A DNA stretch of 64,000 nucleotides, from positions 140,308 through 204,307 of the forward strand of contig RHPI01003041.1 of the NCBI GenBank assembly GCA_009103225.1, read 5' to 3'. The first letter of the stretch is position 1. Each line of letters starts with the position of its first letter. The notes under the pieces are model-generated. The model worked only from the letters and a program-made list of their open reading frames with translations, was not told the DNA's origin and ran no database searches. Made by a program: the position numbers and the translations under genes. This DNA is from Chlorokybus atmophyticus (Eukaryota; Plantae; Mesostigma and Chlorokybus algae). Of this stretch, positions 1-12,300 are shown piece after piece.

Positions 1-1354
1 AAGCCGGTTGTCGCGTAGGCTGTCGAGTGCCCACTTGGTCACGTTGAGAGACACGACGGCGAGGGGGAAGTGCTGCTCAGCGTGGCGGGACAACGCCTGC
101 AGACGCCGCGCAAACTCCGGCCTGGTGGGTTCATTGATCAACAGAAACAATGACAACAGCAACAACAACAACAACCCAACATGCTCACATTGTGTCTGCC
201 AAATACAGCAGCTGCAGCAAGCCGAGCATCCCACACGCCCTCAAGTCCGTGCCTGGATCCAACCCTGCACAACATCCCAACATTATCCCAACATCCCACA
301 GGCACACACATCACCAACACAGCATATTCCTACCCTCACCTTGGAACCCGATATCTTCCCAATGTGGTCCCGTGCGCGCGACAACAACTCCTTTTGTGGT
401 GGTTTTTCCCATAAGGCACACGTACACGCCTGCGAGGGTGGCTTCGTGGCCAATATCTTGCATGGCGGATGATGACAGCGGCGTGCGCGCGAGGCATTCC
501 AACATGATGCGAGACTCGTGCATGAGGGGGAGAAGCTCGGGTGGACCGAAGAGTCTTTTCCACACGCGGGCGGGGAAAGATAGTTGTGTCGTTGTTGGTG
601 TTGTTGATGTTGTTGGGTTGTTTTTGGGTGGTTTTGAGGTCAAGTATGCCCAGGCTTCGGCGTATGTGTATGTTGGTGTGGGTGTTGATGTTGACGTGGA
701 GGTGTTGTTGTTGGCTTCGTTGCGGCGTTGGGCGGTGACAGCATCCCACTCTTCGCTCGTGGCTGTTGGGATGATGTTGGGTTGTTGTTCTTGTTGCTCG
801 TTAGCAGCGTTCGTCTTGTCCTCCTCTTCCTCCACCTCATAGCTAACTTCAGTCACAGTACTGAGTGGGTGGTAAACCGCTGGCAGCATTGGTGTTGTGG
901 CTGTTGTTGTGGGCGCATGCGATGTGGGTGTGGGTGTGGGTGTGGGTGTGGGTGTGGGTGGCGAGGTTGTTGTTTTGGTGGTGAAGCGGCTGAAATCAAA
1001 GGCATAGTCGAACTCATCGTCCTCTTCATTAACATCCTTGTCCTAGAGAACAACCAACCATGCATAAGTGTGCATGTGCGTGCACACGCGCACGTGCACG
1101 CACACCTATAAGGGTGTAAGGGTGCTTGTGCGCATGCGAGTGCGTGCTTATGCTAGTGTGTGCATGCATTCACTCACATGGACCCAGCTTTGACCAAGCA
1201 CACAAACCTGCAAGCAAGTGCCATTGCCTTCCACCACACGCTCCTCCTCACTCCTGTCAATCTTCGATTTCGGCCCCGTATTTGGCGACATTGTCACGGG
1301 CGCGTGGTTGGACACAATATCAACGGAGGCCATGATACCAACAGAAGTGACCAT
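1..1354 (-). CDS. ELMOD3: ELMO-domain protein, ELMOD3-like ARF/ARL GAP (multi-exon, 3' end outside the window)
   Basis: Spliced minus-strand exons (~1354-1208, 1042-340, ~264-190, ~122-1) join in frame to give ...RTGPHWEDIGFQGLDPGTDLRACGMLGLLQLLYLADTMPEFARRLQALSRHAEQHFPLAVVSLNVTKWALDSLRDNRL. This matches the ELMO_CED12 W-x-x-x-GFQG-x-DP-x-TD-x-R motif and the ELMOD3-type 'LSRH..Q.FP....S.N.T' segment. Confidence 0.85.
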
Positions 1355-1946
1355 GTTATATCACACTCCTCTTCAAAAAGTGCCTGCGACAAACTGTTTG
1401 AGAGGCGTGTATGGATGCACGCTATGCAATGCATTATTACAAGCAGTTCGCGCAAGAAACCAGAAAAACGAGGCGAATGATAAGTTAGAATGCGAGTGCT
1501 GTGTTGTGTTGCTTGACAGCATTGACATCAACAGAGCCCTGTGTGCTGACTTGCGCTCATTGATGCACAATGTTCACTTCACTCGCTGCTCGCAACATCA
1601 GCTCACAACAAAAAGCAGAAGACAAGGAAGCAACACATGGTTACGCAAAGGGCCAGACCTGAAGCAAGCAGTCCCACTACGCTGCCACGTGGCTCTCACC
1701 CCTGCTGCCGCCGCCGCCACCTGGCCGTTAGTGAGTAGTGACAGAATGTAAGATTTTCAAATCTATATGTGGAAGTGTTCACGGAACAACTGAGTAGGGA
1801 AGCAGAGAATGCAACGAAAGCCTTTTTAACTAACCAAGAACGCTGCCTTCCGTAAAGACTTCCCTTCCGCTCACCGTTAACAAACACCCGACCAGACCAG
1901 GCCATCACCAGGCCAGGCCGGGCGGCGGCGGCGGGCGTCCGCCTCA
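1355..1946. promoter_or_regulatory. Putative bidirectional promoter between divergent ELMOD3-like and glycosyltransferase genes
   Basis: Head-to-head ATGs at 1354 (-) and 1947 (+), about 590 bp apart. No specific motif was identified. Confidence 0.4.
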
Positions 1947-4900
1947 ATGGCTCTGATGTCTCGCGGTCCCTCCGGCCGAGGCGTTGGCTCTACCACTCTA
2001 CTCCCCTCCTCCTCCTCCTCCAGGGCTTGCCTTGTGGCGGCTGCGCTGGTGGCCTTCCCGCTGCTGAACCTGCTTCTGTTCGCTTATGGGGCGAGGATGG
2101 GCGGCGGCGGAGGTGGTGGGATGGGAGAAGGGTTGTCTGTGGCGGCGCTGGCCGGGGGGATGACGACTAAAGTGAAGGGGGCGTGGGGGAGGGCAGGAAG
2201 GGGAGGAGGGGAGGAGCAACAGCATGGGGTGAATGCAGGAGTCAGGATGAGTGCCGTGTGCATGCGTCTCAATTGGGCATTAAAAACAGACCAATCAGTG
2301 ATTCCCGCATGCCCACCCACCCTCACACACGAATGTCCACAAAGTGTGTTTTCGCGCTCAGAGGCATAAACCTACACGCGCACGCACACGCATGCGCAGT
2401 GTCTATGTGACCTGTCGTGGAGTCTAACTCTCTCTATGTGCAGGCACGCACGCTAGCGGAAGCGCACGTAGGTAGCAGCAACACCAACGCAAACACCACC
2501 ACAAGCACACAGACAGCTGACACCCGCCCTCACCGAGACAGGATCCCCACCCTCTTGGAGGCTGTTCAGCCTCACCCCCGCTTCGCCGCGTACTCCTCCC
2601 TCTACACCAACTCCCAGTCTTTCCTCCTCGACAAGCACGGCCGCGCCTGCCTCGTGAGCGACGCCTTCGCGGGCGCGATGGATGGTGCTGACTTCGCGGG
2701 GACGTATCTCGGGGCGGTGGCGGAGATGCTGGCGGCCAACGGGATGGAAGTGACCGCGGTGTGGGTGGGGAAGGAGGGGGAGAAAATGAGCGCGGAGACG
2801 GTGAGGGAGAGGGTGTGGGTGTGAGTGTGGGTGGGTGGGTGGGGGTGGGGGTGGGTGTGTCAGTGCTTGTGCCTGCGCGCGGACACGCATGTGCACATGC
2901 GTGTGCGTGTGTGTGGTGCAAGTGCGTGCACGCGTGTGTGCATGCATGCGCGCATGCGTCGATGTGTATGTGCATGTGTGTGTGTGTGCGCGCGCGCGAG
3001 CGCGAGCGTGTGCGTGTGTGTGCGTGTGAGCGCGTGAGTGAGTGAACAGGTGATTAACTTTGCATCCCCACCCCGCAGATCGCCTCCTACGAGTCCCGCG
3101 GCGTGTCCCTCCTCTCCCTCCCTCCCTCCCCCTTCCCGTACGACACGGCCGCGACGGACGCGCGCGATGGTGACGACGGGGGCACGGCCGCGTCGCACCG
3201 CACGTGGGAGTGGCTCAGGGCGCAGCCGCCGTTCGACGTCATACACTTTGGGGAAAGGGGGGTAAGAATGTGCTTGTACGTGTGTGCGTTGGGAAGTTGT
3301 CTGGGTGCGCAAGCGTGCACACATATGCTTGTTCGCGCGCTTGTGTGCATGTGCATGCGCATGCGTACGCACATATATGCGGCACTCTGTGCGCAAGCGA
3401 ACGCGTGCATGTGCGTAGCGGTGTAGGGGCCTGCGTGGGTGTGTGTATGTTTGCCTGTGCTTGTCTCATGCAGTCGTTGTGGGACAGGGTTTGGGGTACT
3501 TCTCTGGTCAAGGGAAGGCTCAAGGGCTTGGGCTGACGCTCACCCCGCTCGTGGTTCACCTCACCGAACCCAGCGACACAAACACCCTCCAGGCAAGGGA
3601 CAACGTTACCACTCAAGTACCTCAAACCTAGCACCACATGTTGCACTGTACGCACGCACGCACGCACGCGTCGTCAAACAAGCACACGTACACACCCCAA
3701 CACCCTCCTTTTCCAGCTTCCCGTCTCTGTTGGTGACCTGCTCCGTGAGCACTTGGAGAAAGGCGCAGCCGAGGCAGCGGACTTCCGGGTCGCCACAGGA
3801 CGCTGGCGTGCCAACATGGCCGCAGAAGAAGACAAAGACGAGGATCATAACAACAACAACATTAACGATCTCATGGTCGGTGGCGTGATAGTGCCTTCTT
3901 GGCTTCAGGGCTTCAAACCCCCCACGCGCATGTCCACCTCGATCGAGGAGGTTGTGTACTTTGCCCGGCTCGAGCTCAAGAAGGGACTCGCGCTCTTCTG
4001 CGATGCAATCGACCGCCTCGCACGCAAGCTTGGCTCTGATGATGATGATGTGGACACGCCGTCTCTCATTGTCACGTTCTTCGGCCACGCACCCAACAGT
4101 GAAAGTGATGATAGTGATGAGGATGATGATAATGGTGGTGGTGGTGATGGTGGTGATGAGTATGTGAAACGTGGAGGTGGGTTTGGGCCTGCTGGTGAGT
4201 TTGTTGCGGACAGGGCTGCCAAGTGGAAGGGGAATATCAGGTGGCAGATTTTGAACGATGCGAAGGATGCGCAGGTGTGGGACACACATTCAACATGCAT
4301 GTGATGCTGGTTGTATTGCATGCGACAGATCTGAGCAAACTGATGTTGATGCTGTCTTGCAGGCGAGGTTGAGCTACATGAGCAAGCCTGGACGGTTGGC
4401 GGTGATGCCGTCTCTGGTTGAGAACACACCTTACACTCCAATAGTAAGTAATGTCACGCACGCGCACACACGCACGTGCACGCACGCGCTGTCATTCACA
4501 TAATATGTTCTTTCCTTGACAGGAGTGTCTTGTGGCGGGTGTGCCGTTTGTAGCAACTGACGTGGGTGGCGTCAAAGACATGCTCAACGACATGCTGCCC
4601 AACATGGAGCAGGAGATCCAGAACGTGCTCGTTCCTCCCGAATCCGCACACCTGGCTGAGAAGCTTCTCCAGGTATGCATTCAGAGGTCTCTGTGTGTTA
4701 TAAATCATACACGCGCAAGAGTGCGCACACACTCATATGTTTGCGCACGCTTGCACGCCTGTGAGCATCAAAATGTACGGTTCCACATGGGCACGCGCAC
4801 GCATGCACGCGCGTGTATGTGCGTGCGCGCCCACGCACCCACGCGTGCGCACCCACGCACCCACGCGCACACATGCTCACACCCACACCCACCCATCCAC

Positions 4901-6513
4901 ACAGTTCCTCCGCACCCCTCCCTCTCTCCTCCCTCCCCCCTCCCCTTCAACCTTCTCCTCCCTCGAGCGCGCCTGGATCGCCTGGCATCACATCATCCTC
5001 AACGACCCAAAGACCCCGCGCCTCAACCACATGTTGGGTAATGTTGGCGCGAAGCCCCTCGTGTCGGTGTGCATGGCCACGTACAACGGGGAGAAGACGC
5101 TGAGACAGGCGCTGGACAGCATTGAGGAACAGGATTATGCGCGGTATGAAGTGATCGTCGTGGATGACGGGAGCACGCAGAGAGAGAGCGTGGAGTACTT
5201 GAAGGAATTGGAGGAGAGGTTTGAGAGCAGAAACTGGTAGGTGTGAGTGATGCAGGAAGGGAGTAGTGTATGTGCGTGCGTGCATGCGTTCGTGCGAGCG
5301 TGCGTGCGTGCGTGCGTGGGTGGGTGGGTGAGTGGATGTGCGTGTGCGTGTGTGCGTGTGTGCGTGTGTATGCACGCGCGCTTTCATGCGGGCACGCATG
5401 CACGCGCACGCACGCACGCACAATCACACGCGCACGCGCTGCTAAGCATACACACCCACACATGCACACACACTCGCAAACCTTTTGCTTCCTTCTGTTC
5501 ATCAGGAAGGTGTTGAGGAAGGAGAACGGTGGTCCCGGTGCTGCGCGCAACCTGGCGGCCAAGCACGCGAAGGGGGAGTACCTCATGTTTATGGACGACG
5601 ACAACATCGCCAAACCACACGAGCTGTCCACATTTGTCGGGTGAGCAACCCACACTATGAACAGTATATCACACCTATAGTACACCACACCAACTTACAT
5701 GGTAAACATTGTGCAGGGTTGCTGAGAGGACGGGTGCGGATGTGTTAACGTGCTGCAACGATTACTTCTACGGCGACGATCCTCCCAAGAAAGGTGTGCG
5801 TTGTTGTTGTTGTGTTGGCCGGGGCGCGACAACATGGACACAAACATACGTTTTGTGGTCTTAGGTGCGGCGCCTGCGGGGCGATGGGTCCCGTTGGGCG
5901 CGGCCAAAACCGTCGGCATGTTCCAGAACTACTATGGCGATACGAATCATCTGATACGCAGGACCGCCTTCATGCAGGTCAGTAGAAGTCAACACCCACA
6001 GTCAGCACACAGCCATGCTCGCACGCGCGCGCACACACATACAAACACACGCGCACGCGCGCGCGCGCGTACAGATGCGTGCATGCCTGTGCACGTGCAC
6101 ACGCATAAGCACCTACGCAAATACATCCATGTGCGTGTATACCTTCACGACAAAAGGGTGGGATGCGTATTAGACGCTGGCATGCATCCCTCCACCCGCA
6201 CATTATCTCAAATCCACGTGTGCTTGTGTGTCCCACCCATCAGGTGGGCGGTTTCCCCTCCGACGCCGGTTACGCCCTCGAGGACCACGAGCTCTTCTCC
6301 CGCGCCGTCCTCTCCTCCCACCGCCTCGCCCTCCTCGCCGTCCCCGACTGCCTGTACCACTACCGGCTCCGCGCCGGGTCGCACTCCAGGAACACGCCGA
6401 GCTACTACAACCGGATGAGGACCATGAGACCGTATTTGGAGAGCGAGTACGTGCCGAGACATTTACATTATCTGGCGAGATTCGCACAGGTAAGGAGGTG
6501 GAGGTGGAGGTGG

Positions 6514-6546
<33 letters not shown>

Positions 6547-7911
6547 GTGTATGCGCGCGTGCGTGCGTGGGATGCGACCGTCTCAATTGAAGCCAACGTG
6601 CGTGTTGGGTTAGGGTGTGAGGGGTGTGGGTGAGGAGGCGCGGGAGGAGGCGAGGGTGCAGCTGGCGGCGGGGGAGAATGCGCGGAGAGGCGTGAAGGCA
6701 CTTGCGGGGGCCGTGCAGAAGCTCTGTGCGACGGCGGACTTGGGTGCGTTATGATGTAGTCGTTCTATGCATCAAGCTGTGTTTTGTGACGTGGTTGCGT
6801 GCACATACGGACACGCTTACATACGCACCCACACACACGGGCACCCACATGCATATGCACAGTAGCACGCGCACACACGCTTACATGCGGGCACATTCGT
6901 ACGCACAAGCGCAACACATTTTCCACACACACGCACGAGCGCGCAGACATGTACACACATGCACGACTGTTTTCAGGCCAAGAGTCCCGCAACTTGGTGG
7001 AGAACAGCGGTTTTGAGGTGGTCGTTGATGCCAAATCCGATGGCGGCAATGTCGGTGCGGGTATCGAGCACAACAACATGCCACACATTGGTGCAAAGGG
7101 CTGGCGAACCTACGAGCAGGGATACACCGTGGACACGAGTGCGTGATGATGCTACTTGTTGTTGTTGTTGCTGTTGCTGTTGTTGTCGTTGTTAACCCCT
7201 CCAGCCTTGCAGCTCACAGTCGTGCAAACGGCGTTCACTCCATCAAGATGACCAACGTGAACGGCAACGACGTGCATGGGGCAACGCAGCAGGCAAGCGT
7301 GACACAACAACGTGTAGCCAACAACTACACACACATACTCTGACCCGAACTTGCAGGTTATGTTGTACCAAACTTCTCCGGAGCCGGTTGTTGTGTCGGG
7401 TTGGTCACGAGCGCAAGGCGTGTCCGGACATAATAAAGACGCGGGTTACGCTCTTTACGTGGATATCACATACAACGATGGTAAGCGTGTGGGAGTACTC
7501 AAGGATTATTGGCTAGATGATTGTGGTCATGTGGTAATGTTGCGTCTTCGATCCTAGGGTCAAGGAGGTGGGCGTGGTCGGTGGAGTTCACACCCGGCAC
7601 GCACGGTTGGGAGATGAAAGAGGGTGTGATAGAGGCCGGGGAGCTGCCGATATCTTCGCTGCAGGTGTACGCGATGTTCCGATACCACACAGGAACCGTC
7701 TGGTTCGACGACATCGCTGTTGCGAATCTAAATGAAGGTGAGTGCCCATGGCATACGTGTGCCTGTGCGTGCGTGTGTGCAGCTGCTTTTGGCATACTGA
7801 GGAGCAAGCTGTTGCTTACAATGTGTATGCGCAGGTGTGTGTGACTATGCGCAGTTGCTGCTAGAAGGCTTGAAACAGCCCGTTAGATCGACCAGGAAAC
7901 AGTTGATATAA
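1947..7911 (+). CDS. Type II membrane bifunctional glycosyltransferase: GT4 (GT-B) + GT2 (GT-A) + C-terminal carbohydrate-binding-like module
   Basis: N-terminal anchor CLVAAALVAFPLLNLLLFAYG. GT4 motifs FDVIHFGERG|GLGY and PSLVENTPYTPI|ECLVAGVPFVATDVGG (EX7E). GT2 motifs PLVSVCMATYNGEKTLRQALDSI..Q.Y..YEVIVVDDGS and NGGPGAARN...AKGEYLMFMDDDN. CBM-like tail RNLVENSGFE...VSGWSRAQGV...YALYVDITYNDG...FTPGTHGWE...GTVWFDDIAV. Stop TAA at 7909-7911. About 16 exons. Confidence 0.85.
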
Positions 7912-8559
7912 TTGTAAATGTTGGTATTATTGTAAGCGTTGTTGTATGGTATACAGCTTCATTCCCCATCGGTGCTCATTGGATGCAATGCCTGTTAGTG
8001 GCTGCTTGAACCGTCCGTCACTTTACTCCACCAAGCGCAGATGCACGCATGCACGCACTCGCACACGTGTGTGCAAGTTTGCACTCATTGGCGCAACACA
8101 TCTCCCGTGCGAGAGTGCTCAAGCGGTTGGCACCAGTACTAGAGTACATGGACTGCTACATCTCTGCGTGTATGTGAGCAATAACAGAACCGGCATGCAG
8201 TGCTGCACCATGTGGTCCTTGTGAGTGATGGTTTGTGCTGCTTCGTTTGCAATGATCTTGCACGCCAGTAGACTGCAATGATGGCAAGCTGTGACCTCGC
8301 GAATATAGTTTCCTACGCAAGCTCAAGCAGCCATGCATGCTTGTTAAAGCTGTTGGGACAGGGGGTGCAATCCTGGATGCTTGAGTGCGTGTGTGTGTCC
8401 TCAGGAATGCGGGTGCATTGCCCCACCAAACCCTGCAAGCATTTGACGACTAGCTTCGTTGGGGTGCATGTGCTCCGTGCTTGGCTTTACCATGCTTCAT
8501 GCTAGCCTATGTGGTGGTATGCTTTTGCCCTAACAGCTTGATTGTCAGCAAGCATGCGC

Positions 8560-11500
8560 ATGGGATTACCAGTATAGTATATGTTGCTGGCAATTGCAGA
8601 TTTAGTGCATAATTGCGTGCGGTTACACATATGACTTTTAAGATGTCGACCAGATTTTGTAACTTGTAGCTGCCATGCATCGGTTGGTGCAAGCACATAC
8701 AAGGTTGCTTGCGCGCAATCCAAGCAAGGCTAGACTATGTGCAAGCCACCTTACTAAGTTCACCTTCATCTATGTACGGTATGTTTATAAGCAATGACAA
8801 ACTTGAAGTAGCTCGTCTCCACTATACAATGGTGCTACAGCCCATTACGCACAAGGCAAGACTGGTACTGAACAATGACAGGGCAATTATGTAGCAAGGG
8901 CATGACCATGCACCCAAACACCCAAACAAGTGCACCTTCTTCACCCACAAGGTACCATATCAGGGGCACATGATTGTGCCCAATGGGGTGTATGTCCAGC
9001 AGGCAAAAGTGGAGGCATTCATTTCCATCCCAACGTCCACTGAGTTCACTTGATTATAAGCCTTCCTCGGGCTCGTCAACTACTATCGGTGCTTCGTTGT
9101 AACACTTCTCACTCATCTACCTGCTAGTCGGCTTGGCACACTGATGCACAAGCACCAAGGACTTGCAGTGGAAGTCCACGAGCACCACGGTGCACTATCA
9201 CGCAGAGGAAGTTGCGGCTCAGCACCAAGGGAAGCGAGGGTGACCACCGGCCTTTCCGCGCAGCTCACCTCTAGGCACACACGTGCTCAACCACCATACA
9301 CCACCCCACAAGAGATGAGGGGGAGAGCCCCTTCAACAGCTACTAGCCAGGCACCTCACACAAGAGTAGTAAGACTAGCAGTGCACGCACATAATACCCA
9401 TCATGACAAGTGATGCCCATTAATAACTGCAACCAAGCTCTGATACCCTTGCTGCTCTCCACACACACACCGATGGCTCACAAGCCCTTGCCAGTGTGCG
9501 CTGACCTGTCAACACATGCTGACACATTCCCTGCATAGGGATCATCACACTCCACCTCGAGAGTATCCGATTGACAACCCAACTCGGGATTATCAATTTA
9601 ACATGGCAGGTCCAACCTGTCACACCAATGGCAATCCGCAAGTCAACTTGCGGTTTGCCATGTAGGCTCACTCTGTTGAAGCTGTCACATCATATGGCAA
9701 TTCATAGTTCAATAAAAGAGGCTTATAGATCATAGGCATTGACCAGCTTTGTGCTAGCCCTTATTCATGCCTTGTGTGGTGAGGTCCAAGCCTCCTCGTG
9801 AAAGCGGATGCAACTCAATCTCGACAGGCTGTGAGGCTATTAAACACTACACAGCTCAATAGGCGATAAGTCCAGAATGGATAATTTCACAGTCACACTC
9901 TTATTATAAAATCGAGTTACAGCGGATGACTTCCGCCAGCCCGCATATGGGCATGACATTCGTGAAGGATTTTACTAAGATTGCCCGTCCGCTCAACGAA
10001 CTACTCAATAAGGAGACACATGCGAGTGGAGAGAGGCGCAACATGAGGCCTTCTGAGCTGGTATAGAGGCTTATCACGGCAATAACATCGCAACAACTGA
10101 ATAACACCAAGCCGTTCATGCTGCACATGGAACAAGCTTCAAATGAGCGCCGTGTTGGTCTCGCACGGCGATAACAAGTAGGAGCGGGTGGTTGGTCTTT
10201 TACGCCAATCGCAGCAACAACAGTGCCGCGACCAACTACATCAGCTACGAGAGGGAGTGTCTTGCATATGTGTGGGCTATCTCTTTCTGCCGCCCTTATC
10301 TATGTGGACGACATTTTAAGTTGGTCACCGGCCATTACCATCTCATGGGCTGAGCCTTTTCGCTGGCTAGTAATCGACCAGAATTGAACCAAGAAGCTGA
10401 CGAGGTGGGCTTTCCTTCTGCAAGAGTACGACTTTGAGATTGAGTACCGTGCGGGTCTTGCCAATCAGGGCGCTGATGGACGTGCGTTGTGCTCAAGCTA
10501 GCCACCATGTTCGCCGTGATGGCATTGCGCTCAAGATGCACCACGGCTGGCGAGCCAACTACAACCACTGCGCCGCTTGACGGTGACGAGACAGCGACAA
10601 CAAGCTGTGCAAATCGATGCTAGAGCTCGAGGCTCAAACCACCATTGTGCCGCTGAAATGGCACCCGTCCGACGGCGACGGTCGCCACAGGCTGAACACC
10701 TCTTGCCCCACCTATCTGCACACGCAAAAATTTCCCAAAGGCCTCAGCGCAAGGTGTGACATAATCGAGTCAACCAGCTTGCGAAGCACTACCGCTGAAA
10801 TGACGGCCATCTTTACCATTGGGGTTCAACCGGAAGTTCTCAACAAGAACAAAGAGGTGCCTGCGCCTCAATTGCGCGAAGACATCATTCCCACGTGCAC
10901 CCTGCACAGCGAGCTGGAGTACTTCGGCGTGAAGCGGACTGCTAGTCTTGTTTGTGCCAAACATTGGTGGCACAGGTTGTAAAAACAGGTGCGCGCCTTC
11001 GTAGGCAACCGCCCCCGGTGCGACTTCGTTCGTGCCAGTCTTGACACCATCGGTGTAACTCTGCACCCTCTCCCCGGGAGGCGATATGCTATAGTCGGCA
11101 TGTTCTACCATTGGAGCCTAGACATCCTCGGAGACTGGTCGTCATCGGTTAGAGGCAACAAGTACATCCGGATCCTCGTCATGATCAAGCACTTCTTTAG
11201 CACTTCTTTAAGTGGAGCTCGTGCCACTACCCGACAAAAGAAAGGGGGTAGCTCAAGCCTTCCTCAGCTGCGTCCTTGGCCCCTTCAGCTCCTGCGCCAA
11301 AGTGCTCACCAACCAAGGCTCTAAGTTCAGGGGCAGATTCGACACGCTTGAACCACGCCTATATTAAACGCCGCACCTCCCGAGAATATCCTCAAGGTAA
11401 CGGCCTGACAAATCAAGTTGTCACAGCGCGCTCTGAACAGCGTCCAGACCAGCTAAAAGGCGCTGCGCAAGTAAGTCATTGAGCATGACCAGACAAACTG

Positions 11501-12300
11501 AGACGACTACATCCCCTTAGTCGCCCTAAGCTACCGCGTCTCCAAGCAACTTGCTTGAAGCTGTTACACGCAAGTTCAGCCCTTACCAAATGCTTTTCAA
11601 ACGCGAGCCCCTGCTCAGGGCAGTCCCCTTTTGCGCACATTGAAGTCACTGTAAAGCATGTGCTAAACAACCGCGACAATCCTGATCAGATGCATCAGAA
11701 TCTAATGTCCCACGCTAACTTGTTCAAGCATTGCATCCCCATGGTACTGGGCAACCTGCGCATTGCTCAACACCGTGACACTGTGTGGCACACGATGTGT
11801 GTCACACATCGCTATGAGCGGGTGCGCAGTGGCTTCTACAAGCAGCGCAGCCGCAAATTCAACGTTGGCGACCACGTCTATCGCATGATGAAGACTAAGA
11901 CACATTAAAAATGAGCGTCCGCCGCACTATCTGCAAATTGCTCAAGGTGCTTCTTTCAAGCGTGCTGCTAGCAGCGTCCGGGACTTGCTGGGCCAAGACG
12001 ACGACCGCGTGACTCACGCTTAAAAGACTATATGGGAAACTGCATCTCTAATCATTTTCCACAGATTGCCGGCTTCAACATCCGTCATTCACGCCCTAGT
12101 TGTAGCCTGCAATGCGAGAATTGTAGCAGCACCGACGATGCACGAAAATGATGCTGTGCGACCTCTGCAACAATGGCATGCACTGCTACTGTTTGGACCC
12201 GCCGAAGCACAAGGTCCCAGTGGAGGCATACTCGTGCGAGGATGCCACATCAATGGTCCTCCGCACTCTCGTTGAGCTGACCACTGCCGCATGCACTGCC
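8560..12300 (+). mobile_element. Degenerate Ty3/gypsy LTR retrotransposon pol (RT-RNaseH-integrase) with C-terminal PHD finger
   Basis: Frameshifted motifs: KCTFFTHKVPYQGH...AFLGLVNYYRCFV|KDFTKIARPLNELL (RT); ATNYISYERECLAYVWAI..CRPYL and LQEYDFEIEYRAG (RNase H); H..LEYFGVKRT..WW..QVR.FV..RPRCD and FYHWSLDILG...RGNKY (integrase); C.NCSSTDD..MMLCDLCNNGMHCYCLDPP..KVP (PHD, ~12110-12250). Confidence 0.85.
9098..9958. mobile_element. 861-bp TG...CA insertion (solo LTR or deleted LTR element) nested in the Ty3 RT
   Basis: Starts TGTAAC and ends ATGACA, flanked by an exact 5-bp TSD TTCGT (9093-9097 and 9959-9963). Removing it restores the RT reading YYRCFV-KDFTKIARPL. It contains an iMet-PBS-like GGGTATCAGAGC on the minus strand near 9435-9447. 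Confidence 0.75.
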
